DNA of 64,000 nucleotides from Acidobacteriota bacterium (GCA_039933635.1 JBDTNQ010000008.1:2411-66410); one strand, 5' to 3'; numbered from the stretch's first letter, positions 1 through 10,017 are shown. Notes: generated by a model not told the origin, from the letters alone. Numbers and translations: made by a program.

Positions 1-605
1 ATTCCCGGCGAATTGCGATTGGCGTGACGGGCGCAAGCGGTGCTCTCTACGCCGTGCGCACGATCGCGGCACTGATGGAACTCGGGTGCCATCTGGAGAT
101 CGTCGTCAGCGAGTATGGCCGGCGGTTGCTGGCCGACGAGCTGGGGGCGGACGCGCGGGTGGACCGGCTTCGCGAATTGCTGGTCGAGCGGCACGGGACC
201 GGCGTCGAACGCGGGTCTTTCGAGCTCCACAGTAACAAGGATCTCGGCGCGGCGCTGGCCAGCGGCAGCCATCGGTGCGAGGCGATGGTGGTCGTGCCGT
301 GTTCGATGAAAACCATGGCCGGAGTCGCGCATGGACTGTCGCAGAATCTCATCGAGCGCGCAGCCGACGTGATGTTGAAAGAGAAGCGGCGGTTGATTCT
401 CGTGCCGCGCGAGACGCCGATGAGCCTCCCCGATCTGCGCAACATGGTGGCCTGCGCGGAAGCCGGCGCGATGATCCTGCCCGCCATGCCCGCGTTCTAT
501 CAGCGCCCCGCCACCATCGATGATCTGGCCGCGTTCATCGCGGGCAAAATTCTCAACGGCCTTGGCTTCGAGCAGCGACTCTTCCCAGCCTGGAAGGGCG
601 AGTGA
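1..605 (+). CDS. ubiX: flavin prenyltransferase UbiX (5' end cut by window edge)
   Basis: ORF 24..605. The frame stays open to nt 3 and reads ..RIAIGVTGASGALYA.., the N-terminal FMN-binding motif of UbiX/Pad1, so the true start is upstream. GTGA overlap with the next gene. Confidence 0.85.
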   Translation, partial: SRRIAIGVTGASGALYAVRTIAALMELGCHLEIVVSEYGRRLLADELGADARVDRLRELLVERHGTGVERGSFELHSNKDLGAALASGSHRCEAMVVVPCSMKTMAGVAHGLSQNLIERAADVMLKEKRRLILVPRETPMSLPDLRNMVACAEAGAMILPAMPAFYQRPATIDDLAAFIAGKILNGLGFEQRLFPAWKGE

Positions 606-1324
606 GCATCTCCACGTCGAAAGAGCCGGCGAAGATCGCCGGGATGTTCGACGCGATCGCGCGTCGCTACGACACGCTGAATCACCTCCTCAGCGCCGGC
701 CTCGACAAGCGCTGGCGTCGCCATGCCGTGCGCGTGCTCCATCTGTCTCCAAGCGATCGCGTCCTCGACATGTGCACGGGCACCGGCGATCTCGCGATCG
801 AGGCCGCCACATCGGCCACCGGCCGTGCCGGCGAAGTGATCGCCATCGATTTCTCGGCTGAGATGCTGCGGCTGGCCCTCGGGAAGACACGAGCCGCTGG
901 CCTTGAACACCGTGTTCGTCTGGCGCGTGGGGACGCGACGATGATGCCGGTGCCGAACGAGGCGTTTGACGCCGCGATGGTCGCTTTTGGCATTCGGAAC
1001 GTCCTGGATCCCGAGCAGGCCTGTCGCGAGTTCCACCGCGCCCTGAAACCCGGCGGCCGCTTGGCTATCCTGGAGTTCGGCTCGCCGCAGCTTCCGGGCC
1101 TGCGCGCAGCCTATCTCTGGTACTTCAAACGCGTGTTACCGCTTGTCGGGAAACTCGTCTCCAGGCACAGCGAGGCCTACACCTACCTCCCGGCGTCGGT
1201 CGCCGAGTTTCCAACCGGTCGCGCTTTCGGCGCCATCCTCACCCGAGCGGGATTCGCGAATGTCCGTTTCGAGACCCTCACATTCGGCGTCGTCTATCTC
1301 TACTTGGCCGAACGTCCGCGATAA
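602..1324 (+). CDS. ubiE: demethylmenaquinone/ubiquinone C-methyltransferase UbiE/MenG
   Basis: 240 aa. Has MFDAIARRYDTLNHLLSAGLDKRWRR plus the SAM motif VLDMCTGTGDLA, typical of the UbiE/MenG family. Confidence 0.88.
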   Translation: MSISTSKEPAKIAGMFDAIARRYDTLNHLLSAGLDKRWRRHAVRVLHLSPSDRVLDMCTGTGDLAIEAATSATGRAGEVIAIDFSAEMLRLALGKTRAAGLEHRVRLARGDATMMPVPNEAFDAAMVAFGIRNVLDPEQACREFHRALKPGGRLAILEFGSPQLPGLRAAYLWYFKRVLPLVGKLVSRHSEAYTYLPASVAEFPTGRAFGAILTRAGFANVRFETLTFGVVYLYLAERPR

Positions 1325-1337
1325 CAGTCTTGTGATC

Positions 1338-1367
1338 AAACCGGGAGTCTTAAGACTCCCGGTTTCG
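1338..1367 (+). terminator. intrinsic terminator hairpin downstream of ubiE
   Basis: Perfect palindrome AAACCGGGAGTC-TTAA-GACTCCCGGTTT followed by TC, 14 nt after the ubiE stop. Confidence 0.7.
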
Positions 1368-1477
1368 CCTGCGCTCCTGACAGCCATTTTCGAGGCGCCG
1401 CCCGCGGCGGCCTCGCTGACGTCTGAAGAGACAGGCCGTGATGCGGCACCCGCGTAGCGCCATCCCTGCCCCGGTCG

Positions 1478-1483
1478 TATACT
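1478..1483 (+). promoter_or_regulatory. candidate -10 box TATACT upstream of the TonB-like gene
   Basis: TATACT lies 15 nt before the ATG at 1499, with no SD sequence between. The same hexamer recurs upstream of rpsT, hrcA and manD. Confidence 0.35.
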
Positions 1484-1498
1484 GCCAATAAGTCGCTG

Positions 1499-2404
1499 AT
1501 GTACTTGGACTTCGAGGACTACCGCCCCGAGACGCCTCGCGTCACTTCCCCGATCTCGAGTCGGGAGGGCGTGCTCCTCTCGATCATCGTCCACCTCGCG
1601 CTGCTGTTGGCCTACGTGCTGGTCCCCAAAGAGTGGTTCAGCCCGACCCAGAACGTCGTTCCGGTCCAACAGTCGCAGGAACCCCTGCGGTTTGTGGAAG
1701 TCCTGCCGTTCAAGGACAAGAGCCTCGCACCGCTCCTGCGGGCCGACCAGTCCGACCTGGACCGCCGTGCGGCCACGCGGGAGCGGGCCCCGACCCCCGA
1801 CAACACGATGCCGTTCTCCCGCGGCAACACACCAGAGTTGGTCGAAGGCGGACCGACAACCCCTCCAGCGACGACACCACCCGCGCCGCCGTCCCCAGCG
1901 CCCCCGAACCCGGCCAGCTCGCAACCGCTGCCAGAAATGGCGTCGAAGATGGCCCCGCCGGCGCCGGCGTCTGAGCGTGGCGCGAACCGGAGCCTGTCCG
2001 ACTCCCTGCACAATCTGCAGCAGTACTTGAAGAACGAGAACTACGACAATCTCAAGGGCGGCAACGCCGAGCAGTCCGCGGACATCCAGTTCGATTCGAT
2101 GGGCGTAGACTTCGGCCCCTGGCTGCGCCGTTTCAAGAATCAGGTCGAGCGCAACTGGATTGTGCCAACCTCCGCAATGACGTATCGCGGACGCGTCGTC
2201 ATTCAATTCAACGTGCTGCGTAATGGCACCATCACCGATTTGAGCATCGTGCAGCCCGCAGGCTACCCGTCGTTGACCACGTCGGCGCTGAGCGCGCTGA
2301 AGCTGTCGAACCCCACGGCCAATCTGCCCCCCGAGTATCCGGCGGACAAGGTCTTCTTCACCGTCACGTTTCACTACAACGAAGATCCGCGGACCCTTCC
2401 GTGA
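1499..2404 (+). CDS. energy transducer TonB-family protein
   Basis: 301 aa. N-terminal TM helix (LLSIIVHLALLLAYVLV), Pro-rich spacer (PPATTPPAPPSPAPPNP) and a TonB C-terminal domain (VVIQFNVLRNGTITDLSIVQPAGYPSL). Confidence 0.8.
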   Translation: MYLDFEDYRPETPRVTSPISSREGVLLSIIVHLALLLAYVLVPKEWFSPTQNVVPVQQSQEPLRFVEVLPFKDKSLAPLLRADQSDLDRRAATRERAPTPDNTMPFSRGNTPELVEGGPTTPPATTPPAPPSPAPPNPASSQPLPEMASKMAPPAPASERGANRSLSDSLHNLQQYLKNENYDNLKGGNAEQSADIQFDSMGVDFGPWLRRFKNQVERNWIVPTSAMTYRGRVVIQFNVLRNGTITDLSIVQPAGYPSLTTSALSALKLSNPTANLPPEYPADKVFFTVTFHYNEDPRTLP

Positions 2405-3363
2405 ACCCGCTCGTCGCCATCGTCGGACCCACCGCGACCGGTAAGAGCGCGCTGGGACTGGCACTCGCGGAGGCACTGAGCGGCGAGATTCTGGCGTGTG
2501 ATTCCACCGCGGTCTATCGCGGCATCGATATCGGTACCGACAAGGTCCCGGTGGCGCAGCAGCGCGGCATTCCACATCACCTCGTCGATTTGGTCGGACC
2601 CGACGAGGTCTTTTCTGCCGCGCGATACGGGCGGGAGGCCGGCGATATCGCGCGGGCCGTCCATGCGCGTGGACACCTGCCCGTGATCGTCGGCGGGACC
2701 GGCCTCTACTATCGTGCCCTCGTGCGCGGCATTTTCCCCGGCCCTTCACGCGACGACGCTCTGCGCGCGCGTCTGGAGCGGGTGGCGGATCGCCGCGGCG
2801 TCGAAGCGCTGCATCGTTGGCTGACCAGGGTCGATGAAGATTCAGCGCGGCGGATTCAGCCGCGTGATCGCAAGCGGCTGATCCGCGCCCTCGAGGTGTA
2901 CCTGCTGACCGGCCGGTCGCTCACGGCGCATTTCAGTGACACGATCTCGCCCATCGCGGACTTCGACGTCATGACCATCGGCCTGACCATGCCGCGTGAG
3001 GAACTCCGTCCACGCATCGCGCGCCGCGTCGACCAGCAATTCGAGTCCGGTGTGGTCGAAGAGGTGCGTCGTCTGCTCGAGGCGGGCCTGCCGGCAGCGG
3101 CACACGCGCTGAGCGGGCTCGTGTATCGCCAGGTGATGGACATGCTGCGCGGCGTCCGCAACCAGGCCGACACCCGCGCTCTGATCGTCCAGGAAAACAT
3201 GCGGTACGCGCGTCGGCAGAGCATCTGGTTCCGCTCCGAGCCGGTGACGCACTGGATCGAGGGACCTGGCGAGGGCCAAGCGGCGCGAGACGAGGCGTTG
3301 CACCTCACGCGCCGCTGGCTCGAGACGCGCGCCGCGCCCGAAGCCTTGACCGATCTGGGCTGA
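2401..3363 (+). CDS. miaA: tRNA dimethylallyltransferase MiaA
   Basis: 320 aa. P-loop IVGPTATGKSALGLALA, then HHLVD and GGTGLYYRAL motifs. GTGA overlap with the upstream gene. Confidence 0.92.
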   Translation: MNPLVAIVGPTATGKSALGLALAEALSGEILACDSTAVYRGIDIGTDKVPVAQQRGIPHHLVDLVGPDEVFSAARYGREAGDIARAVHARGHLPVIVGGTGLYYRALVRGIFPGPSRDDALRARLERVADRRGVEALHRWLTRVDEDSARRIQPRDRKRLIRALEVYLLTGRSLTAHFSDTISPIADFDVMTIGLTMPREELRPRIARRVDQQFESGVVEEVRRLLEAGLPAAAHALSGLVYRQVMDMLRGVRNQADTRALIVQENMRYARRQSIWFRSEPVTHWIEGPGEGQAARDEALHLTRRWLETRAAPEALTDLG

Positions 3364-3403
3364 CACGCGCGCGTCGTGCCTTGATGTATCGTGGGCGGCA
3401 GCC

Positions 3404-4579
3404 ATGTCGTTCCTGCCGACCCGCGTCATCGTCATCGTGATGGACTCGGTTGGCATCGGCGAGCTCCCCGACGCGCCGGTGTATGGCGACGAAGGCAGCA
3501 ACACCCTCGGCAACATCGCGCGCCAGATCCCCCTGCGCGTGCCCATGCTTCGCAGTCTCGGGCTCGATCGTCTGGTCAACATTGGAGGCGTCGCACCGGG
3601 AGTTCCGCGGGGCGCGTTCGGCCGGATGGCCGAAGCGTCGCCCGGCAAGGACTCCGTCACGGGCCACTGGGAGATGACGGGCATCGTGCTCGATCGGGCG
3701 TTTCCCACGTTTCCCCAAGGGTTTCCACCTGAACTGATTGCGGAGTTCGAGCGTCGCATCGGCCGCCGCACCCTGGGGAACGTCGTCGCTTCAGGGACCG
3801 CGATCATCGACGATCTCGGACCCGACCACGTCCGTACGGGCGCGCCGATCGTCTACACGTCGGCCGACAGCGTGTTCCAGATTGCCGCCCACGAGGACGT
3901 CATCCCGATGCCCGAGCAGTACCGCATCTGTGACATTGCGTTCGAACTCGTGGCGCGAGGCCTGGGTGTCGCGCGTGTGATCGCCCGGCCGTTTGTGGGC
4001 GTCCCCGGTGCGTTCACGCGCACTTCGAATCGCCGCGATTTCGCACTGGAGCCGCCAAGTGACACGCTGCTCGATTACCTCAAGCGTGCCGGGCATGCGG
4101 TTGTCGGTATCGGCAAGATCGAAGATCTGTTCGCGAAGCGCGGACTCACGGCGGCCGTGCATACCACCTCGGATGAGCACGGGATGGATCTCGTCGACGA
4201 ATACATCCAGACAACGGCGACGGGGTTGATCTTCGTGAATCTCGTGGACTTCGATACGCAGTACGGCCACCGGAACAACGTCGGCGGCTACGCGGAGAAC
4301 CTCGAGCGCTTCGACGTGCGCCTGCAGCGGTTGCTGCCGCGATTGCAGCCGTCAGACGTGCTGATCGTCACCGCCGATCACGGCAACGATCCAACCACGC
4401 CGTCAACGGACCACGCCCGTGAGTACGTGCCCGTTCTCATGGCTGGAGCGGCTGTGCGTGCGGGCGCAGACCTCGGCACGCGCCGGACGTTCGCGGACCT
4501 TGGTCAGACGGTGGCCGAGGTCTTTGGCGTCGGGCCCCTGCCGCATGGGACGAGCGTGCTGTCGGAGGTCCTGCGATAG
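3404..4579 (+). CDS. deoB: phosphopentomutase DeoB
   Basis: 391 aa. VIVIVMDSVGIGELPDA..YGDEGSNTLGNIA and TADHGNDPT motifs of the alkaline-phosphatase-superfamily phosphopentomutases. Confidence 0.9.
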   Translation: MSFLPTRVIVIVMDSVGIGELPDAPVYGDEGSNTLGNIARQIPLRVPMLRSLGLDRLVNIGGVAPGVPRGAFGRMAEASPGKDSVTGHWEMTGIVLDRAFPTFPQGFPPELIAEFERRIGRRTLGNVVASGTAIIDDLGPDHVRTGAPIVYTSADSVFQIAAHEDVIPMPEQYRICDIAFELVARGLGVARVIARPFVGVPGAFTRTSNRRDFALEPPSDTLLDYLKRAGHAVVGIGKIEDLFAKRGLTAAVHTTSDEHGMDLVDEYIQTTATGLIFVNLVDFDTQYGHRNNVGGYAENLERFDVRLQRLLPRLQPSDVLIVTADHGNDPTTPSTDHAREYVPVLMAGAAVRAGADLGTRRTFADLGQTVAEVFGVGPLPHGTSVLSEVLR

Positions 4580-4593
4580 ACTGACCGCGTCCT

Positions 4594-5631
4594 ATGTCGA
4601 GCATTCGCGAAGACCTCGAAGCCCGCGAACTTCAGTTCCTCGCCCCTCAGGCGGCGAAGTCCTCCGCGAGTCAAGGGCGGCTGCGCCCGGAGCCGGCCGA
4701 TCCGATTCGGCCGATCTTCCAGCGCGATCGCGATCGCGTCATTCACTCGAAGGCGTTCCGGCGGCTGAAGCACAAGACGCAGGTCTTCTTTTCGCCGACC
4801 GGCGATCACTACCGCACGCGCCTCACGCACACCCTCGAGGTCTCGCAGATTGCGCGAAGCATCGCGAAAGTGCTGCGCCTGCACGAAGAGCTCACCGAAG
4901 CGATCGCCCTCGGCCACGATCTGGGCCATCCACCGTTCGGACACGCGGGCGAACGCGTGATCGACCGGCTCATGCCAGGAGGCTTCAATCACTACGAGCA
5001 GAGCCTGCGCATTGTCGACGTGCTCGAGAACGCGCGACAGGGGCTCAATCTCAGCTGGGAAGTACGGGACGGGATCGCGCGCCACTCCAAGGGGAAGCAC
5101 GGCCTGCCCGTCGGCGCGCCGAAGGAGCACCGCGCCAGCACGGTCGAAGGTCAGATTGCGCGGGTCGCCGACATCATCGCCTACGTCAATCACGACATTG
5201 ACGATGCGGTGCGCGCGGGGGTGCTGGACATTGCGGCCCTGCCGGCCGCGGCCACCTCGCGTCTGGGCACCACGTCCTCTCAGCGCATCAACGCGATGGT
5301 GACCGACGTCGTGCACGAAACCCTTACCGGCGGTCTTACCGAGATCCGGATGAGCGCGGACGTGCTCGCCGCCACCATGGACTTGCGTGGCTTCCTGTTC
5401 GAGGCCGTCTACGAGAACCCCCGAGCGACCGCCGAGTTCAACAAGGCCTCTGGTGTCATTGGCGGCATCTGGGAGCGCCTGCACCTCAAGCCCGAGCCCT
5501 ACCTGGACGAGACGACGATCGCCTCGGAGGGGCTGGACGCCGCCATCCGCGACTTCGTGGCCGGCATGACCGACCGCTACGCCGTGGCTCTCTTCCAGGA
5601 GTTCTTCGTGCCGCGGTCCTGGGCGGTCTAG
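4594..5631 (+). CDS. dgt: dGTP triphosphohydrolase-like HD-domain protein
   Basis: 345 aa. FQRDRDRVIHSKAFRRLKHKTQVF, THTLEVSQIARSIA and GHDLGHPPFGH motifs. Confidence 0.88.
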   Translation: MSSIREDLEARELQFLAPQAAKSSASQGRLRPEPADPIRPIFQRDRDRVIHSKAFRRLKHKTQVFFSPTGDHYRTRLTHTLEVSQIARSIAKVLRLHEELTEAIALGHDLGHPPFGHAGERVIDRLMPGGFNHYEQSLRIVDVLENARQGLNLSWEVRDGIARHSKGKHGLPVGAPKEHRASTVEGQIARVADIIAYVNHDIDDAVRAGVLDIAALPAAATSRLGTTSSQRINAMVTDVVHETLTGGLTEIRMSADVLAATMDLRGFLFEAVYENPRATAEFNKASGVIGGIWERLHLKPEPYLDETTIASEGLDAAIRDFVAGMTDRYAVALFQEFFVPRSWAV

Positions 5632-5743
5632 CGCGGGCGAGTTCGGCGTGTTGATCGTCGTTTCGAGGGCGGGCAGGCCCATCAGGCGCGCTTCGCCCCC
5701 GATTGCCCTTTGGGCCTCCACGGCCAAGGTTCCGGCCCAAAAC

Positions 5744-5773
5744 TTGAGCCCGCCGACCTAAGCCTGCTAAAAT
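5744..5773 (+). promoter_or_regulatory. sigma-70-type promoter for the yceD-rpmF-plsX-fab operon
   Basis: TTGAGC, an 18-nt spacer, then TAAAAT, ~34 nt upstream of the likely yceD ATG (5807). Confidence 0.55.
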
Positions 5774-5806
5774 CACCGTTTGGCCTGCCCACGTGGGCCC
5801 AGCTGT

Positions 5807-6331
5807 ATGGACATGATTCTGAACCTTAACCGGTTCCGCAGCGCGCTGGAACGGGTGGAACGCACGTTCGAACCGGCGGAGTTCCAGGCGGACGACAACG
5901 ACTTCCGTGTCACCACGCCGGTCGAGCTGACGGCTGAGATCCACAAGGACGGCCGCAAGTTCCGCTTGGTCGGATCCGCCAAGACCACCCTCGAGACAGC
6001 CTGCAGCCGGTGTCTCGAGCCCTTCACCTTACCGGTGAAGGCCGCCTTCGACCTGATGTTCCTGCCGCACTCTGACGCGGCGGACGACCAGGAAAAGGAG
6101 GTCGATGACGACGACGTCGGGGTGTCGTACTACAGCGACGATCAGATCAACCTTGGTGACGTGATGCGTGAGCAGTTCTATCTGGCCATGCCCATGAAAC
6201 CGCTGTGCCAGACCGACTGCCAGGGGTTGTGTCCTCAGTGCGGCACGAACCGCAACGTGGCCACCTGCGACTGCAAGTTCGACTGGGTCGATCCCAGACT
6301 CGAGGCCCTGAAGGACCTGCGAGGACAATGA
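5807..6331 (+). CDS. yceD: YceD/DUF177 family ribosome-maturation protein
   Basis: Tail of ORF 5780..6331. Cys pairs CSRCLEPF and CQGLCPQCGTNRN..CDC. Conserved position directly upstream of rpmF-plsX. ATG at 5807 is preferred over TTG at 5780. Confidence 0.85.
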   Translation: MDMILNLNRFRSALERVERTFEPAEFQADDNDFRVTTPVELTAEIHKDGRKFRLVGSAKTTLETACSRCLEPFTLPVKAAFDLMFLPHSDAADDQEKEVDDDDVGVSYYSDDQINLGDVMREQFYLAMPMKPLCQTDCQGLCPQCGTNRNVATCDCKFDWVDPRLEALKDLRGQ

Positions 6332-6408
6332 CGCGGCCCGCTGGGAGCCGCTGACCGGTCGAGCCGGCTGGCCGACAAGCCCTCTAGCCTGGAGAGAACG
6401 AGAATCCG

Positions 6409-6591
6409 ATGCCTAATCCGAAACGACGCCATTCCAAGACCCGCACAGCCAAGCGCCGAACCCACGACGCCTTGAAGCCGATCGGCACGAGCGAGTGCCC
6501 GCAGTGTCACGAGCTCAAGCTGCCGCACACCGTCTGCAAGAACTGCGGCTACTACCGTGGCCGGCAGGTTCGCGCCGTCGACGAGGAGTAG
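6409..6591 (+). CDS. rpmF: 50S ribosomal protein L32
   Basis: 60 aa starting [22 protein letters not shown], with CPQC..CKNC zinc-ribbon cysteines. GGAGAG RBS upstream. Confidence 0.95.
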   Translation: MPNPKRRHSKTRTAKRRTHDALKPIGTSECPQCHELKLPHTVCKNCGYYRGRQVRAVDEE

Positions 6592-6603
6592 GCCCGACCT
6601 CCC

Positions 6604-7608
6604 GTGCCGGTGATCGCCGTTGACGCGATGGGGGGCGATCGCGCTCCCGCCGCAGTGGTCGAAGGGGCGTTGCTTGCCGCCCGTGAGCGTCACGTCGCGG
6701 TGGTGCTCGTGGGCCCGTCGCAACGCCTGCACGACGAAATTGCCCGCCACGATCGCGGCGACGCGCGTGTCGACATTGTCGATGCGCCGGACGTGATCGG
6801 GATGGACGAGTCGCCGCTGACGGCGCTCCGTCGCAAGCCCGGGGCCTCCATTCGCGTCGCGGCTGAGTTGGTCCGGTCCGGGCAGGCGGCGGCCCTGTTC
6901 AGCGCCGGGCATTCCGGCGCCACCATGCTCGCGGTGCACGGCGCGTTTGGCATGCTTGCCGGGGCGGATCGGCCCGCGCTGGCGGTCACGGTCCCAACGC
7001 CGAGTGGGGAAGCCGTGCTGCTCGATGCGGGCGCCAACGTCGAGTGTCGTCCCGAGCATCTCGTCGAGTTCGCGCATCTCGGCGCGGCCTATGCCCAGGT
7101 CATCCTCGACGTGTCCCGTCCCCGAGTCGGCCTGCTGTCGATCGGAGAAGAGCCCGGCAAGGGCACGGATCTGATTCGCCTGACGCATCAACGCCTGCTG
7201 GCAGCGGGGGCGTCCCTGAATTTCATTGGCAATCTCGAAGCGCGCGATCTCTTCTCGGGCCGCGCGGATGTGATTGTCTGCGACGGGTTCACGGGCAACA
7301 TCGCGCTGAAAGTAGGAGAGGGACTCGTCGAGGCGCTGGAGCAGATGCTGCGCGAGGAACTGGGATCTGCGCTCGTGTCTCAGATTGGCGCGCTGTTGAT
7401 GAGCCGCGCGTTCGCGCGCTTGCGCCAGCGCGTGGACTCCGCCGAGTATGGCGCCGCGCCGCTGCTCGGCGTGCAGGGGCTCGCACTCATCGGTCACGGG
7501 CGATCGTCGCCGCGCGCGATCGCCAGTGGCGTGGCGCTGGCGGTGCGGCTGGCCGATGCGGGCCTCGTGACGCGGCTTGCCGGGGCCCTTGCGGCCGCGC
7601 ATGCGTGA
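6604..7608 (+). CDS. plsX: phosphate acyltransferase PlsX
   Basis: 334 aa. IAVDAMGGDRAP at the N-terminus and CDGFTGNIALK. Synteny rpmF-plsX. Confidence 0.93.
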   Translation: MPVIAVDAMGGDRAPAAVVEGALLAARERHVAVVLVGPSQRLHDEIARHDRGDARVDIVDAPDVIGMDESPLTALRRKPGASIRVAAELVRSGQAAALFSAGHSGATMLAVHGAFGMLAGADRPALAVTVPTPSGEAVLLDAGANVECRPEHLVEFAHLGAAYAQVILDVSRPRVGLLSIGEEPGKGTDLIRLTHQRLLAAGASLNFIGNLEARDLFSGRADVIVCDGFTGNIALKVGEGLVEALEQMLREELGSALVSQIGALLMSRAFARLRQRVDSAEYGAAPLLGVQGLALIGHGRSSPRAIASGVALAVRLADAGLVTRLAGALAAAHA

Positions 7609-7657
7609 TCGATTGGTTGCGCCCTGCCCGCACGTGTGCTGAAGTAGGCAGGCTGAT

Positions 7658-8398
7658 ATGAGCACGATGGAGGGCCGTGTGGCCCTGGTCACCGGCGCGT
7701 CGCGCGGGATCGGGCGCGCGATAGCCGAGCGACTGGCGGCCGATGGCGCCACGGTCGTGGCTGCCGCGCGCGGGGAGCATGCGCACGAGACGGTGGCCGG
7801 CATTGTCGCGCGGGGCGGGCGAGCCGAGGCCGCGACGATGGATGTGACCGATGATGCGGCGGTGATGGCAACCGTGGCTGGCATCCTCGAGCGACACGGC
7901 AGGGTCGATATCCTGGTGAACAATGCGGGAATCACGCGCGACCAGTTGATGCTGCGGATGAAGCGCGACGACTGGGATGCGGTGGTGTCGACCAACCTGA
8001 CGGCGGCCTATACGTGCGTCCAGGCAGTGCTCAAAGGGATGGTCAAGCAGCGGGCGGGGCGCATCGTGAACATCTCGTCGGTCGTCGGACAGTCGGGCAA
8101 TGCCGGACAGGTGAACTACGCGGCGTCGAAGGCGGGCTTGATCGGACTCACGAAAGCGCTGGCGCTCGAGGTGGCGTCGCGCGGGATTACGGTCAACGCC
8201 GTCGCCCCAGGGCTGATCGAAACGGATATGACGAAGGCGTTGTCGGCCGGCACGCACGACGAGTGGGCGTCGCGCATTCCATTGAAGCGGCTCGGCACCG
8301 CCGCGGACGTGGCGTCCGCGGTGGCGTTTCTGGCGTCCGACGAGGCGTCGTATATTACCGGCCAGGTTCTGGCCGTCAATGGGGGCATGTACTTGTAG
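7658..8398 (+). CDS. fabG: 3-oxoacyl-ACP reductase FabG
   Basis: 246 aa SDR. TGASRGIGRAIA, NNAG and YAASKAG motifs. Sits immediately upstream of acpP. Confidence 0.92.
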   Translation: MSTMEGRVALVTGASRGIGRAIAERLAADGATVVAAARGEHAHETVAGIVARGGRAEAATMDVTDDAAVMATVAGILERHGRVDILVNNAGITRDQLMLRMKRDDWDAVVSTNLTAAYTCVQAVLKGMVKQRAGRIVNISSVVGQSGNAGQVNYAASKAGLIGLTKALALEVASRGITVNAVAPGLIETDMTKALSAGTHDEWASRIPLKRLGTAADVASAVAFLASDEASYITGQVLAVNGGMYL

Positions 8399-8480
8399 CG
8401 GCCCGCGCGCGGCGGGCCGGTATAGCATGCTGGTTGAGTATCGGGCAGGTCGTCGACCTGGCCCCTTGGAGGAGGACTGA

Positions 8481-8720
8481 ATGGCGGTTGCGGATCAGGT
8501 CAAGAAGATCATCGTCGAACAACTGGGCGTCGATGAAGAGGAAGTGACGCCGGATGCGTCGTTCGTGGACGATCTGGGAGCGGACTCCCTCGACACGGTC
8601 GAACTCGTCATGGCCTTCGAGGAGGAATTCGGGATCGAGATTCCGGATGAGGACGCTGAGAAGATTACCCGCGTGAAGGAAGCCGTCGAGTACATCGAAG
8701 GCCACGCCAAGAAGAAGTAG
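8481..8720 (+). CDS. acpP: acyl carrier protein
   Basis: 79 aa. [21 protein letters not shown] phosphopantetheine attachment motif. GGAGGAGG RBS. Confidence 0.96.
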   Translation: MAVADQVKKIIVEQLGVDEEEVTPDASFVDDLGADSLDTVELVMAFEEEFGIEIPDEDAEKITRVKEAVEYIEGHAKKK

Positions 8721-8732
8721 CTCGGAGGGGAT

Positions 8733-9974
8733 TTGCAGAGGCGAGTAGTCGTCACAGGCGTCGGCCTGCTGTCCTCGGTCGGCATCGGCACCGAGGCATG
8801 CTGGGAGGCGCTGTGCGCCGGCCGCAGCGGCATCGGACCCATCACACACTTCGACGCGTCGAAGTTCGCGGCACGCATTGCCGGCGAGGTGAAGGGTTTC
8901 GATCCGCTGCAGTACATGGACAAGAAGGACGTCAAGAAGGCGGACGTCTTCATCCAGTTCGCGCTGGCGGCCTCGGAGTTCGCGGTGCGCGATGCCCGGC
9001 TCGAGGTCACGCCGGACATCGCCGACAACGTCGGCGTGTTCATCGCGTCGGGCATCGGGGGGTTCAGCACGATCGAAAGCGAGCACCTGGCCCTCATCAA
9101 CGGCGGTCCCCGTCGCATCTCGCCATTCTTCATTCCGGCATCCATCATCAACCTGGCCGCGGGACAGGTGTCGATTCGATTCGGCGCCCGCGGGCCAAAC
9201 CTCGCCACCTGCACGGCGTGCACGGCCTCGGCGCACGCGATCGGTGAATCGTACGAAATCATCAGACGTGGCGACGCGGACGTGATGATCACCGGGGGAT
9301 CCGAGGCGTCCATCACGCCGATGGGGGTCGGCGGCTTTGCCGCATTGCGAGCCCTGTCGACGCGCAACGACGAGCCCGAGCGCGCCAGCCGGCCCTTCGA
9401 CAAGGATCGCGACGGCTTCGTGGTCGGCGAGGGCGCCGGCATGGTGATCATCGAAGAACTCGAGGGCGCGCGCCGCCGTGGGGCGACCATCTACGCCGAA
9501 ATCGTCGGCTATGGCTTGTCCGGTGACGCGTACCACCTGACCGGCCAGCCGGAAGACGGGAACGGCGCCGTCCGATCGATGCGGATGGCGCTCCGGAAGG
9601 CCGGACTGCAGCCGGACGCCATCGACTACATCAACGCCCACGGCACGTCGACGCCCATCAACGATCCCACCGAAACCCTCGCGGTCCGTACGGTATTCGG
9701 CGACCATGCGAAGACGCTGGTGATGTCGTCAACGAAGTCGATGACCGGACACTTGCTGGGCGCGGCCGGGGGGCTCGAAGCGGGTATCACCGCCCTCGCA
9801 ATCCGCGACCAGGTGGCGCCACCGACCATCAACCTCGACGAGCCCGATCCAGCCTGCGACCTGGACTACGCGCCGAAGGTCAAGCGACCGATGAAGATCG
9901 ACTACGCGTTGTCGAATTCGTTCGGGTTCGGTGGCACGAATGGCACGTTGCTGCTGAAGCGGTACGCTGAGTAG
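8733..9974 (+). CDS. fabF: beta-ketoacyl-ACP synthase II FabF
   Basis: 413 aa. Active-site CTACTASAH, HGTSTP and SNSFGFGGTNG motifs. Confidence 0.94.
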   Translation: MQRRVVVTGVGLLSSVGIGTEACWEALCAGRSGIGPITHFDASKFAARIAGEVKGFDPLQYMDKKDVKKADVFIQFALAASEFAVRDARLEVTPDIADNVGVFIASGIGGFSTIESEHLALINGGPRRISPFFIPASIINLAAGQVSIRFGARGPNLATCTACTASAHAIGESYEIIRRGDADVMITGGSEASITPMGVGGFAALRALSTRNDEPERASRPFDKDRDGFVVGEGAGMVIIEELEGARRRGATIYAEIVGYGLSGDAYHLTGQPEDGNGAVRSMRMALRKAGLQPDAIDYINAHGTSTPINDPTETLAVRTVFGDHAKTLVMSSTKSMTGHLLGAAGGLEAGITALAIRDQVAPPTINLDEPDPACDLDYAPKVKRPMKIDYALSNSFGFGGTNGTLLLKRYAE

Positions 9975-10017
9975 CAGGGAGCTTGGGCTCAACGCCTGCG
10001 CCTCGGGGTACGGCGAC

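Noticed and set aside
1136-2749. Long antisense ORFs: 1136..2749, 6235..7995, 8376..9707, 9729..10880, 18132..18908, 34071..35915, 39281..40936, 42279..43664, 49250..50128, 49962..51023, 51431..53125, 60949..61839, 61731..62891 (all minus strand), and 11842..13530, 22558..23565, 23955..25265, 32789..34249 (plus strand)
   Set aside because: Each lies opposite a gene with unambiguous family motifs. The translations are dominated by Arg, Pro, Gly and Ala runs with no recognisable motifs. Stop-codon-poor antisense frames are expected at this GC content.
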